Below are positions 15,192-28,187 of a stretch of 64,000 nucleotides of DNA, piece after piece. The notes under the pieces are model-generated. The model ran no database searches, was not told where the DNA came from, and was given only the letters and a program-made list of their open reading frames with translations. This DNA comes from Amoebidium appalachense (Eukaryota; Protista; Ichthyosporea), in NCBI GenBank assembly GCA_963693365.1, contig CAVNZM010000001.1, forward strand, positions 16,487,840 through 16,551,839, in the 5' to 3' direction. A program made the translations under genes and the position numbers. Each line of letters opens with the position of its first letter. The stretch's first letter is position 1.

Positions 15192-16142
15192 TGCTGGTGC
15201 ACGTTGGGAAAGGGAGGGAGGATGGGCCAGGAGGGGGATGGGCCGGGGGTTCACGTTTGCCACGTTGTACTGGCTTCCCCCCCCCCCCCAAGTGCATGTG
15301 CCTGCGTCCTTTTGGATGTGTACGCATGACGGGTGTTCACATGCACAAAGAAAGAGTGGCTAGTAACACATATTGTCAAAAACACACACAATCCCGTGGT
15401 GGTCAACTCGTTTGCCTCAAGGCACTGACACGGATGGACACTCTCGTGCTTGCAGCCTTAGTGGTAGGTCTTTATTATCAGGACCATGTCCTATCATGTC
15501 TACAATCCAATGTTTCTTGTTATTAAACTTTACTCTATTTACGTAAACGGTTGTTTTGTGTGCTTACGTATACAAAGGTGCTCTGGTCGTGAGTGTTATG
15601 CAGGAATATAGGAGAAGGTATGGGGAACCGCGTATACCGGTATCACCATAACATCAAGAAACATGTCTACAATCCCATGTGACGAACGTTTAAGCAAAGC
15701 TATCCTATCCAACCCAACTGTGTTATCCCCTTGAATCCGACTGACAAACCCAGATCAATCGGTTCTAGTAGTCACAGCGTAGTGCACACAGGTGGCCAAG
15801 TGTACTGTTGGACCTGTGCCTCCCCCCCCCCCCCCCCCCCTTCTCTCGGGGATGACGGACAAGAGAAAACCCAAAGAGAAACCATGCACGAGATAGCCTT
15901 GAGAGGAGAGGACACAAACCATCTGAACAACAAGCATGCAGAACATGCAAGCCCAACTGCATCAGTACTACAGACTGGGTGGTGCAGCAGGCCTTGAGCG
16001 CAGCAGCCGATCCGGAATGTCCTCCTTCTTGTGTTCCGCTACCCACAGCGGCTTGCCCTGTGACCATGTGACGGTCGCGCCCCCAGTCTTGGAAACTGTG
16101 AAGACGAATTCTATATCAGGCAAGACTCTCAGTAATACTCGG

Positions 16143-16182
<40 letters not shown>

Positions 16183-16189
16183 GTCGGTA

Positions 16190-16559
16190 ATCACTTGCAA
16201 GCAATCACCTCACCGACCGGCCATAACCTAGGGGCCTCCAACTTCTCCCTCTGTCGATAGCTGTATGTGCTACCCAAATTATCGTGTGTGGTGTGCGAGG
16301 GGAGGTGTGAATGGAGAGGGGGGATCGGGGGGGGGGGGGGGGGGGGGGGGGGATGATAAATATAGAATGAGAAGCGGGTGTGTGTGTGTGGAAAGGTAGA
16401 AGAGGTTACGGATTACAGGGGGGAGAGAGTGGTTGTGTGTGTTGTGTCTTCCGTGTATGTGTGTCCGGGGGGGGGGGGGGGGGGGGGGGGTTCGTAAAAG
16501 AGAGCCTGTAGATGTATCCACAGAGACAGACACAACCGATGGTGTGTGTGTGTGTGGGT

Positions 16560-16594
<35 letters not shown>

Positions 16595-16697
16595 CTGTCT
16601 GTGCATAGAAATGTGGAAAGGTTCAAGGTGGAAGAGAGAGGGGAAAAGAAGAGGGAGTTGGAGATAGCTGGGGGACGGGTGGAAAGAAGGGGAGGCT

Positions 16698-16732
<35 letters not shown>

Positions 16733-16965
16733 TCCATCATAGGGCACGTAAAGGATAGAAAGGTACAAAGATGGAAAGGTAGAACAGATTTTGTGTGCGT
16801 GCGTCCGTGTGTGAGATGTGCACGTGTGTGTGCGAGGGTATTGGGGGAGGGGAGGGGGGGGGGGGGGGGGGTCCAATTGCTTGCAAGCAATCACCTTACA
16901 CCGACCGGCCATAACCTAGGGGCCTCCAACTTCTCCCTCTGTCGATAGCTGCAGTGTTGTAGCCA

Positions 16966-16997
<32 letters not shown>

Positions 16998-17098
16998 CCT
17001 GTTTGTGGCTGCTCGCAAGATCGTATGTGGTGTGCGATGGAAGGTGTGGGTAGAGAGGGGGGAGAGATGTTATGATAAATATTGAACGAGGAACGGGT

Positions 17099-17159
<61 letters not shown>

Positions 17160-17237
17160 CTGCTCGTATGTGGTGTGCGATGGAAGGTGTGGGTAGAGAG
17201 CGGGGAGAGATGTTATGATAAATATTGAACGAGGAAC

Positions 17238-17312
<75 letters not shown>

Positions 17313-17697
17313 GGGTGGGGGGGGGGGGGGGGGGGGGGAGGGGTGGTAGGAGACGTAGAGGATAGAAAGGTGCAAAGGCATAAAGGTACGAAGGTCTAAA
17401 GTAACAAAGGTATAAAGGTATTAAGGTCTAAAGTAACAAAGGTATAAAGGTATTAAGGTGTAAAGGTACAAAGGTACTAAAGTATAAAGGTACAAAGGTG
17501 TAAAGGTAGGTATAATGGTAGGTAGAGTTGTAAAACGTTGAAAAGTAGCAAGGGAGCAGGAAAATGGCACAAGATAATATGGGGCTGTATGTCGTTTGGT
17601 GTGTCGTGTCGCATGCATTCATTTTCGCACACCGTGATTGTGCTCTTGCAGGTGGGAGGGGGGTGAGGAGGCAGAAGATAAGATAAATATCGAATGA

Positions 17698-17740
<43 letters not shown>

Positions 17741-17983
17741 TCATAGAAGACGTACAGGATAGAAAAAAGGTACAAAGGTGGAAAGGTGGAACAGATTGTG
17801 TGTGTGTGTGTGTGTGTGTGTGCCTACGTGCACGTATAAGTGTGTGAGAGTAGGGGTGGGGGGGAGGGGGGGGGGGGGGGGGGGCAAATGCCAATTGCCT
17901 GCAGGCGATTGATTACCTTACTGACCAGCCATAACCTAGGGGCCTTGCCTCTTCCTGCTGTCGATTGCTGTATGTGTCGTAGC

Positions 17984-18025
<42 letters not shown>

Positions 18026-18260
18026 TGTGTGTGTGCATGCCTGCTTGTGGCTACTCAAATTATCGTGTGTGGTGTGCGAGGGGAGGTGTGAATGGCGAGG
18101 GGGGATCGGGGGGGATCCCGGGGAGGGGGGGGGGGGGGGGGGGGGGGAATGATAAATATAGAATGAGAAGCGGGTGTGTGTGCGTGGAAAGGTAGAAGAG
18201 GTTACGGATTCGAGGGGGGAGGGAGTGGTTGTGTGTGTTGTGTCTTCCGTGTATGTGTGT

Positions 18261-18294
<34 letters not shown>

Positions 18295-18599
18295 CGTAAA
18301 AGAGAGCCTGTAGATGTATCCACAGAGACAGACACAACCGATGGTGTGTGTGTGTGTGGGTTTGGGGGAGGGGGGGGGGGAGGGAGGGGGGGGGGAGGGG
18401 GGACTGTCTGTGCATAGAAATGTGGAAAGGTTCAAGGTGCAAGAGAGAGGGGAAAAGAAGCGGGAGTTGGAGATGGCTGGGGGAGGGGTGGAAAGGGGAG
18501 GAGGCTCGGCCAAATGCCTGCAAGCAAATACCTCACTGACCAGCCATAAGCTAGGGGTCCCGACCTGCCCCTGCTGTCAATAGCTGTATGTGTCGTAGT

Positions 18600-18648
<49 letters not shown>

Positions 18649-18778
18649 ATGCCTTTTTGTGGCTGCCCACATGATCGTGTGTGGTGTGCGAGGGGAGGTG
18701 TGGGTGGAGAGGGGGAGGGAAGGGGGAGAAGAAATGATAAATATTGAGTGAGAGGCGGGGAGGGGTGTGTATGTGTGT

Positions 18779-18841
<63 letters not shown>

Positions 18842-19448
18842 GGGGGGGGTGATTGGAGCCGGAAAGGATTGAAAGGTACAAAATGTAAAGGTATAAAGGT
18901 AGAGTTGTATACGTGGAAGGAAGTAAGGATGCATGTGCGCACACCGGGCTTGAGCCTTGGAGAGGGGGGAGGGGGATGAACGGGGAGAAGATATGGTAAA
19001 TACTGATTGAATGAGAGGGGACAAAGGGGGGCAACACGTTAGGAGACGTAAAGGATAGAAAGGTACAAAGGTGGAAAGGTAGAAGAGGTTACGGATTACA
19101 GGGGGGAGGAAGGGGGGGGGGGGGGGGGGGGGGAGGGGGGGTTCGTAAAAGAGAGCCTGTAGATGTATCCACAGAGACAGACACAACCGATGGTGTGTGT
19201 GTGTGTGGGTTTGGGGGAGGGGGGGGGGGGGGAGGGGGGGGGAGGGGGGAGGCTGTCTGTGCATAGAAATGTGGACAGGTTCAAGGTGCAAGAGAGAGGG
19301 GAAAAGAAGAGGGAGTTGGAGATAGCTGGGGGAGGGGTGGAAAGGGGGGGAGGCTCGGCCAAATGCCTGCAAGCAAATACCTCACTTACCAGCCATAACC
19401 TAGGGGTCCCGACCTGCCCCTGCTGTCAATAGCTGTATGTGTCGTAGT

Positions 19449-19508
<60 letters not shown>

Positions 19509-19645
19509 CATGCCTTTTTGTGGCTGCCCACATGATCGTGTGTGGTGTGCGAGGGGAGGTGTGGGTGGAGAGGGGGAGGGAAGGGGGAGAAGAAATGATA
19601 AATATTGAGTGAGAGGCGGGGAGGGGTGTGTATGTGTGTGTGTGT

Positions 19646-19682
<37 letters not shown>

Positions 19683-20294
19683 GATTGGAGCCGTAAAGGA
19701 TTGAAAGGTACAAAATGTAAAGGTATAAAGGTAGAGTTGTACAAAGGTAAAAATAGCAAGGGAGAAAGGAAAAGGCACGTGGAAGGAAGTAAGGATGCAT
19801 GTGCGCACACCGGGCTTGAGCCTTGGAGAGGGGGGAGGGGGATGAACGGAGAGAAGATATGATAAATACTGATTGAATGAGAGGGGACAAAATGGGGCAA
19901 CACGTTAGGAGACGTAAAGGATAGAAAGGTACAAAGGTGGAAAGGTAGAAGAGGTTACGGATTACAGGGGGGAGGAAGGGGGGGGGGGGGGGGGGGGGGG
20001 GGGGGTTGCGTGTGTTGTGCCTTCCTTTTATGTGTGTCCGGGAGGGGGGGGGGGGGGGGGGGGGGGGCTGTCTGTGCATAGAAACGTGGAAAGGTTCAAA
20101 GGTGGAAGAGAGAGGGGAAGAGGGAGTTGGAGATAGTTGGGGGGGGGGGGGGGGGGGGGAGGGGGGGGGGGGGGGAAGGGGGGAGGCTCCGCCAAATGCC
20201 TGCAAGCAATTACCTCACTGACCGGCCATAACCTAGGGGTCCCGACCTGCTCCTGCTGTCAATAGCTGTATGTGTCGTAGTCCTGTGTGTGTGT

Positions 20295-20331
<37 letters not shown>

Positions 20332-20400
20332 CGCGCGTGTGTGTGTGTGTGCTTTGTCTGCCTTTTGGTGGCTGCCCGCGTGATCGTTTGTGGTGTGCGA
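16190..20400. repeat. Complex modular tandem repeat with six units, each carrying a conserved ~70-bp core
   Basis: Core caagcaa..acct(c/t)ac(c/t)gacc(g/a)gccataa(c/g)ctagggg..tgtc(g/a)at(a/t)gctg starts at ~16197, 16883, 17900, 18519, 19369 and 20202. Shared modules between cores include gttcgtaaaagagagcctgtagatgtatccacagagacagacacaaccgatgg and ctgtctgtgcatagaaatgtggaaaggttcaagg. Confidence 0.9.
17365..17525. repeat. Imperfect (AAAGGTA)-like short tandem repeat
   Basis: Repeated aaaggta/aaaggtata/aaaggtaca units, including an exact ~30-bp duplication. Confidence 0.75.
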
Positions 20401-20535
20401 GGGGAAGGGTAAGTGGAGAGTTTGTGGGGGGGGGGGGGGGGGGGGACTGGACCATAATACGGGGGGGGGGGGGGGGGGGGGGGTCTGGGTGTTCTTTTCG
20501 GTGCTGGTGTGTATATATATATATATATATATATT

Positions 20536-20590
<55 letters not shown>

Positions 20591-20777
20591 TGTTCGTGTG
20601 TGGTGTGTCCGGAGAGGGGAAGGTGGGTTTGGGGAGGGGAGGGGGGGGGGGGGGGGGGAGAAGAGAGAGAGAGAGAGAGAGCAAAGGGATCATGGAAGAA
20701 GCACGATATCGCTGGACCATAGTACGGAAGGGGTCTGGGTGTTCTTTTTGCTGTTGGTGTGCATATATATATTTATA

Positions 20778-20828
<51 letters not shown>

Positions 20829-21238
20829 TGTGTGGTGTTTGTGTGTGCACGTACGAGTGCGAGTGCGAGTGAGCCTATGCCTGCACACATTTTGTGTGTA
20901 TGTGGTGTGTGTGCATATGAGGTACATCGGAGCTAATGTGTTTGCGCATCTGTGTACGTGTGGGGCCTTGATTTTTGGGTCGGTGTATATGTTTAAGGAA
21001 TGAGTGCCGTGTCCGTTTCCACGGCAATGAATGCCGAGAGGGAGAGGGGGGGGGGGAGGTATATGCGTTAGAGAGGGGAACTTGCCGAGGCAAAGGAATT
21101 CAGAATCATATACACAAAAAACATAAAGGCAAAAACCAGTAAATAAAAATTGTTCAGGCAAGAGATACTTATATAGGACCCATTGGGAGGATGGCAGTTG
21201 AAGCAGGTAAAAGCTTAAGAGCCACGTAGAATACAAAC

Positions 21239-21425
21239 ACGGTTCAAAGGCAGAGTATGTGAGACATACAAATAAAACATACACCTGACGAAGGGGAGGG
21301 GGGAGGGGGGTTATTTAGAACCCCAAAATGAAGACCAGTATAATACGCAGAAGGGGAGGGGAGGGGTGGAGAGGGGGAGCTTAGGAAGAAGGCAGGAATG
21401 ATTGCAATAGGCAGAAGAGTGGAAA

Positions 21426-21466
<41 letters not shown>

Positions 21467-21817
21467 AAAGTAAAAACGTTTGCCGCGAACATGAAGACTG
21501 CAACAACTGGATGCCAGCAGTCATCAAAATCGATTAACGGTTCAAAGGCAGAGTATGCGAGACATACAAATAAAACATACACCTGACGAAGGGGAGGGGG
21601 GAGGGGGGTTATTTAGAACCCCAAAATGAAGACCAGTATAATACGCAGAAGGGGTGGGGTGGGGTGGAGAGGGGGAGCCTAGGAAGAAGGCAGGAATGAT
21701 TGCAATAGGCAGAAGAGTGGAAACGGGGGGGGTAGGGGGGGGGGGGGCAAAAGTAAAAACGTTTGCCGCGAACATGAGGACTGCAACAACTGGATGCCAG
21801 CAGTCATCAAAATCGAT
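21239..21817. repeat. Near-identical tandem duplication (~298-bp and ~281-bp copies)
   Basis: acggttcaaaggcagagtatg..cagtcatcaaaatcgat at 21239-21534 and 21537-21817; the copies differ mainly in G-run length. Confidence 0.92.
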
Positions 21818-21950
21818 AACTGCTGAACGGGGGAGAAAGCGGGTGGTGGTAGCACAAGGGAGGGGGACAGACACAAAGCAATCAGCAGCCAGAAAGAAAA
21901 GAGAAAGGATGATGGCACTTCTGTTTGAAGACTAGGCCACCGGGGCCTTC

Positions 21951-21984
<34 letters not shown>

Positions 21985-22293
21985 CGAACGGTGCAAAATA
22001 TACGTGGGGACGCTCGTTCGTACAGCTATGTCTGGGAGAGCAGGGGTCTTCCGTGGGGATTTGTGAGGAAGAGACGAAGAGGACCAGCACAAATTTACTG
22101 TTGCGAAAAACAGGAGAAGAAGTTGGAGAATAACAAACACGAAGACAACATCAGAGAGGGAAGGAACAGAGAGAGGAGCAGGGTTAGGCCTCCCCCCCCC
22201 CCCCCCAAGCCCCCTGCGTCTCTGGAGTACCCTCATTCCCCTCCTCTTTCTCGGTGCCGTTCCCTCACTCCCCTCACTCTCTCCATCTCTCTT

Positions 22294-22392
<99 letters not shown>

Positions 22393-23230
22393 CTCCCTCC
22401 CTCATTCCCTCCCTCCAAAACACAAAGCCAACCACAAGCAGAGATAAGAATAAAAGAGAAGCATTACGTTTGACTTTCTCCTCTACCCTTAAAAAAGTAT
22501 ACACACGCACGCAGCACACACAGAGGCAACCCAGGGGACAAATATCCATTTACGCCTGCCAATACCAGGTTAACCTGTGAAACAAGCAGGAGGTATTCCC
22601 CATGAGGCACGAAATAAAAAAAAATTGCAGACGCAGGTGCATAGGACATAACAGGCAAGTCTGAATACGCGTGGTAGATGACGATGGAGAGTGACTTGCA
22701 ACAACAACAGAACCAGTTCACCATATACCAACACTCCCAAGATGCAGCCCCAAAATTAACAGTACCTTAAAGCTGTTGCGTTAACCCGCGAAAAGAACGC
22801 CGTCCAAAACAAGGTGTGTGCTGTGTGCTGAAGAGCTCGAGACCAGCCCTGTCTGCTCCTTACTCGTTCTTTGAAGCGCATGAGCGATGTGTAAAATATG
22901 TAGACAGAAAGTCGACTTGGGAAAACCTCCGCAAGTAATATATGGAAGCATTATGGAACCGTTATTCCTGTTTCGTTCTAATCGTCCTCGTTGTGATTAC
23001 TTTGTGATAGCAGATGTTATCGAGTTATCAGTTTTGATTGGCAAAAAAGTTTCTGCCGCCGCTATGTCCCACAACTAGTCCCACAATCAAATCCTGCAAT
23101 CGGGGTGATGGGTTGAGCCGTTTTTTTTACCTTCCTGAGCAGAAAGCCTTCCATTTTTGGTTATTTCATCTTAGCTTTTTCTAGCTAATGGTGCTGTTAC
23201 TCCATTGGTGGGAATGACTACAATGGGCGA

Positions 23231-23903
23231 CCAATCAGGTAATCCCCCCCCTTTCCCCCTTTCTCCATTTCTCCCCTCTCCGCTCTCTTGGCTCGTTCTC
23301 TTCCTTTTGCACGCTTCCCTTGACCCGGCTCGCATGCTTCCCTTGACCCGGCTCGATCTCTCTTCCCGCTCTTCCTCTGACCCGATACGTTGCCCCTGCA
23401 CTCCTCTGCACCTCTCTCCGCCATCCAATCACCCGCGTGCATATTCCTGCTCTTTCGCCCCGACTATCCCACATACTTCCCTGGCCAATCAACGCACAGT
23501 GGGTGTCCCTCCCCTACGTGTGTGCCTCCCCCACTAGGCCGTGGACCCTCTCCACCAATCGGAGGCGACCAATCGCTGTGCGGCATTCCACGTGGAACAG
23601 TCCGTCATCTGCCGCCAAATTCTCCAGCAGAAGAGTCTGCAGGAAGTTGTCGTCTTGTAGCCATCCGAACGCAGACATAAGTTGCATGGCCTGAAAATCG
23701 GATGGCCCGCTGCCGTCTTCGATCTCAGCGCCTGCAGGAATCCTCCTACACAGCTGAAATTGCCTGTGTGATCGCAGTATGATCTTGGCCAATATTCCCG
23801 CCTGCTGCAAGGAGGGGATCTTTGGGTTCGGGTATTCAGGTATCCCGATGGCACGTGTGTGTCCACTCGTGGAGTCGTGGCACGGGCACAGATTCGTCCA
23901 ATC
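23231..23903 (+). promoter_or_regulatory. Cluster of six co-oriented CCAATC boxes plus a CCACGTGG G/E-box; putative promoter
   Basis: CCAATC at 23231, 23425, 23485, 23555, 23569 and 23898; ccacgtgg at ~23588; CpG-rich, microsatellite-free island. Confidence 0.4.
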
Positions 23904-24340
23904 GCAGCCGCTTCGTAATCAGGGGGGGGATTACGAAAAAAAATTGTCGTATTTACGATTAACGAAAGACCCCGATACGAACAAGGTTAGGGTGCCGTCG
24001 TAACAGCTTTCGTATCAGATGTATAGCATTATAAACGCTTTAAGGCCCCCTAATATCTAACTGCACCTAATTTTTTCAATATTTCTGTTCAAGAACATAT
24101 CTACAGCGCTTCTCATGAGCAATAACGTTACGGGGTGACATGAGCAGTGTTTTCACCCTTGTGCACCTACAGTAGCTTCACTATGATGTTGCCGGCCCTA
24201 AATGCTACTTAGCATCCAGTTTACATAGTGAAAGAAGTACCAAGAAGTTAGTACGGTCAAAGAGTCAAAGAGGCCATCATGAAGAAGCGGAGTCGGCGAA
24301 GCTTCGACATCTCAGTATTGGAGTCCGGCAAGCCGCGGTT

Positions 24341-24384
24341 TGAGTCCGTCCGTGAGTCCGTGAGTCCGTGAGTCCGTGAGTCCG
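24341..24384. repeat. (TGAGTCCG)n 8-bp tandem repeat, five copies
   Basis: tgagtccg tccg tgagtccg tgagtccg tgagtccg tgagtccg. Confidence 0.85.
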
Positions 24385-24998
24385 CCCCTGAACGGGGCAG
24401 AACGATTGGCAGAGATTAAATAGCCTTATATGGTAACTAACGAGCATGTAATGCCGCGGACGTGGGAGCGGGGCAAAACTATTGGTGATCGTGTTTCATG
24501 TTATTGCTTAAAAAGCCTTCATATGGTAACCATGGTGATCGTGTTTCGTGTTTGCCAGAAGATTCGGGATTTTCTGGAAGTCTGCTGTGTCGAGCGGTCC
24601 GGTAGGGCGTGCTATTACAGTGCCTCCGCGATATTGTCACACCTTCAAACTGTTAAAACATAGAACATACCAAGATGTGACAGTATTGTACAGGTCTAGG
24701 GGAAACTATATATAAGGGGATTTTAGGGGGATTTTAAAGTGCAATGAATTCGGGTCGGGTCGTCAAAAATAGTGACGATATCAAGAGATGAACATATATA
24801 TGGGGGTGTGATGATACCGCGGAAGCACTGTACTAATTGCAGTCAATCGATGCGGTAGGCTGCGGTTTGAGTCTGTGCGCTTCCGGCACAGGCCACCGTT
24901 TAAAACAATGTTTTAGTATATTGCAGTCCGGCAGGGTGCGATTTGTAGAGCCTGAGAGAGCCGCCCTAACTGTAGTATCTGAAAGGGTAGAAATAAGT

Positions 24999-25420
<422 letters not shown>

Positions 25421-25761
25421 AAGAGCGGGAGGGAGGGGAAGGGGGAGGGGGAGGGGGGAGAATCTAGAAGTGCCCCCCCTCCCCCCCCCCCCCCAAAAAA
25501 AAAAAAAAAAAAAAAAAAAAACATGCACACATGCACCTCCTCCCTCTCACATGCTGGCACTCAAATCTCTCACACTCAAGCCCTCCACCTCCGCTTCTTC
25601 ATGATTAAGGCAAAGCCCGGCAGGGCGTGCCGTTACTAGTCTATTTAGACAAAAGCAAAAAAGCCGATGGAAACCCTTCCAACCGATTGGATAAAATAAA
25701 AAGGCACCTTGTTGCGAATTCCTAACACCTCCGAAACTCTTGGCAAAGACGGAATTGTCGT

Positions 25762-26051
25762 CTTCGATCTCTTAGCTGTCACGTCAACTTTTTTTCCCGA
25801 TTCTTCACCATGGCAGGTATATAAAAGCTTTCGTTTCTTCTTTTTGTGAGGACTTCACTTCCACTTCGATCTCTTAGCTGTCACGTCAACTTTTTTTTCC
25901 CGATTCTTCACCATGGCAGGTATATAAAGGCTTTCGTTTCTTCTTTTTGTAGGACTTCACTTTCACTTCGATCTCTTAGCTGTCACGTCAACTTTTTTTC
26001 CCGATTCTTCACCATGGCAGGTATATAAAGGCTTTCGTTTCTTCTTTTTGT
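25762..26051. repeat. Three tandem copies of a ~102-bp unit
   Basis: cttcgatctcttagctgtcacgtcaacttttt..cccgattcttcaccatggcaggtatataaa(a/g)gctttcgtttcttctttttgt starting at 25762, 25864 and 25966. Confidence 0.93.
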
Positions 26052-27189
26052 GGTGGGAGGGAGTCCCACTCAGGGGAACGTGACTGCAGCGTGTGTGTGG
26101 TGTGGCCTGGTGGATTCCTACTGCTGTGAGAGTGTGGGGGCATCTCCCTTTCGCGGAGTTTCTCGCTTGAGAAGTGGTTTCTTCAACGCCTGGTGGTCCA
26201 CTGCAACCTATGGTAACTTCTACACGCTGTCTACGCTTCTACGTGACCTATTGGCGGTGGGCTGCTGCAACTTCTTCAGCTACTTCTGCGCTGCGTGAGT
26301 GGAGGGGCGGCTACTTGGTTGTCGGGGAGCTTTCCAAGTGACTGCCAGTCCTTAGCCTCCAGTCGTATGGCAATGACCGGGTTTGCTTACATGCATTCTT
26401 TAATTTTGTTTTTCTGTGTGTCCTGCCACAACTAGGCCACCTTATCAGAGAGCTAGATGCAGTTTCTCCGGGTTATCTAGGGGTCGGGGCCGTTGGGATT
26501 GTTTTTTAGCTCAGATTTGGTCTGCATTGCTCTTTTAGAGGCTGACTTGCTTGCTGTGCCCCGATAGGTTTTGTGGGGGGCCTGTTGGGAAGGAGCAGTA
26601 ATGATGTCTTCTTGCGGAGTATGGTATGGTCAACATCGATGCATATGACTAGTTGGAGCAAACTAGTTTCACGCATACACGTACACTTAAGGTTTTGCCC
26701 GCTGGTGTCCTTTGTCACTTGTCGCAGGGAATGCACTTGATTAGTCTCTTTGGAAGTTGACTCCACCTGCTGAAGAATAAGGCCACGGCAATGTTAAACA
26801 AATAGTAGCAGATAGGGTAGCAGATAAGCTTATGAAGAAGTTTGAAATCTAATTGTTCCAAGTCGCTAAAGACTCCGGCCTTTGATGATTCGTGGATCTA
26901 GTGATATCACTAGATCTACTAGATCTACCAGATCAACACTGCACATGTCAGCCGCCCTTTTGAAATTGAAAATCTTACTATTATAAAAAAAAACAAAAAA
27001 AACAAACAAAAAAAAACAAAGAATGCCACTGCACCAGATAGTTCTTCAGTGCCTTTGTCTTATTACAAAAATATTGACAATAACGGATTCAGGTTAACGA
27101 ATCCAGGCCCTCGTGAAGGTGAATGTACGCTGGTACCGGTGCGCATAGTGCTGTAGCCTAGTCTCCAAGGCTATGTACCCACTGGCTTA

Positions 27190-28187
27190 GGGCCTGTTTG
27201 GCAACGCGGAGTTAGCGGCCATACTCCGGAGTAAGATCGATTTTGGAGTTAGGGCTAAAGCGGATTTTCTGAAATCCGCGATGCCAAACAGACGGCCCAA
27301 TCTGGGCCTGTGTACGCCGGGTTTCAAACCCCTTGGACATCGCTTGTACTCCAATTTCTATAATCCACCTCCGGAGGTGGATTATGCGCGAAATGTTCAA
27401 CGCCGTGTGAAGGTCTAAACCAATGAAAATTCATGTCGTGAGACCTTTTTACATTTCTCTCTCGGCCAATTGGCGGCAGTGCAATATAACCAAAAACAGT
27501 TAAAGTGGAAAAACGCCAAACGGAAAGTCCGTTGTCACCGGCATGGCCAGCTTGCTGGTGAGCCTGCGAGGCTGCGACAGCCCGAGCGCAGGCTGCGACC
27601 AGCCACACACAGCCGGCCACGTGTGGTAGGTCGTATAAAAACAAGCCCCCCCTCAACCATTCTTCCTCTTCGCGGCCAACTTGTAGGCAACCTTTTTTTT
27701 ACCATTAGACAATCTTTTGCACATCGGTCAAGATTGTCTGAACCGACAGGATGCCTGTAGGGGGAAGCAAAGAATATTATGCGCAATTGCTGCAATTGCG
27801 GCCGAAAGGGACATGTTTCGTGCTAAATACATAGTGGTTTTGCAACCGGAAACGTTGATGTTGTTATATATGCAAATGGTATCATTACAGTGTATACAAA
27901 TACATACATACGGGACACTGCACAGTACTGCAGTCACTACAAAAGAATTTGTAGGTACGATATACGTGCAAAGTATGCGCACTCCGATCAACGTAAAACT
28001 TGCGCAATGTGACTTGATAAACTAAGCTGCAGCTGAAAAAAGCGTTGTCTGTTTGGCACGAGCGGTTATTATCTACGCCAGGTTTTGACCTAAATCCGGA
28101 TTACAAATCAGAATCTGGATACTGATTTGATACCCGGCGTATACGGTCTACGCCGGAGTTCGTAACTCCGCGTTGCCAAACAGGCCC
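27190..28187. mobile_element. Non-autonomous PIF/Harbinger (Tourist-like) MITE, 998 bp
   Basis: Perfect 25-bp TIR gggcctgtttggcaacgcggagtta (27190-27214) / taactccgcgttgccaaacaggccc (28163-28187); TTA target-site duplication at 27187-27189 and 28188-28190; no transposase ORF. Confidence 0.92.

Noticed and set aside
16197-16270. Hammerhead ribozyme in the repeat core (as in Penelope or retrozyme repeats)
   Set aside because: No CUGANGA..GAAA core on either strand.
16190-20400. CRISPR-like array
   Set aside because: Spacers are 600-1000 bp and homologous to each other, the repeats are diverged, there are no cas genes, and the context is eukaryotic.
25762-26051. Spliced-leader RNA gene array
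   Set aside because: The putative exon contains an ATG and the U-tract lacks the canonical RAU4-6GR Sm site; kept only as a generic repeat finding.
26050-26770. Short ORFs 26050-26298 (+) and 26506-26766 (-) as genes
   Set aside because: No recognisable motifs or consistent splice structure.
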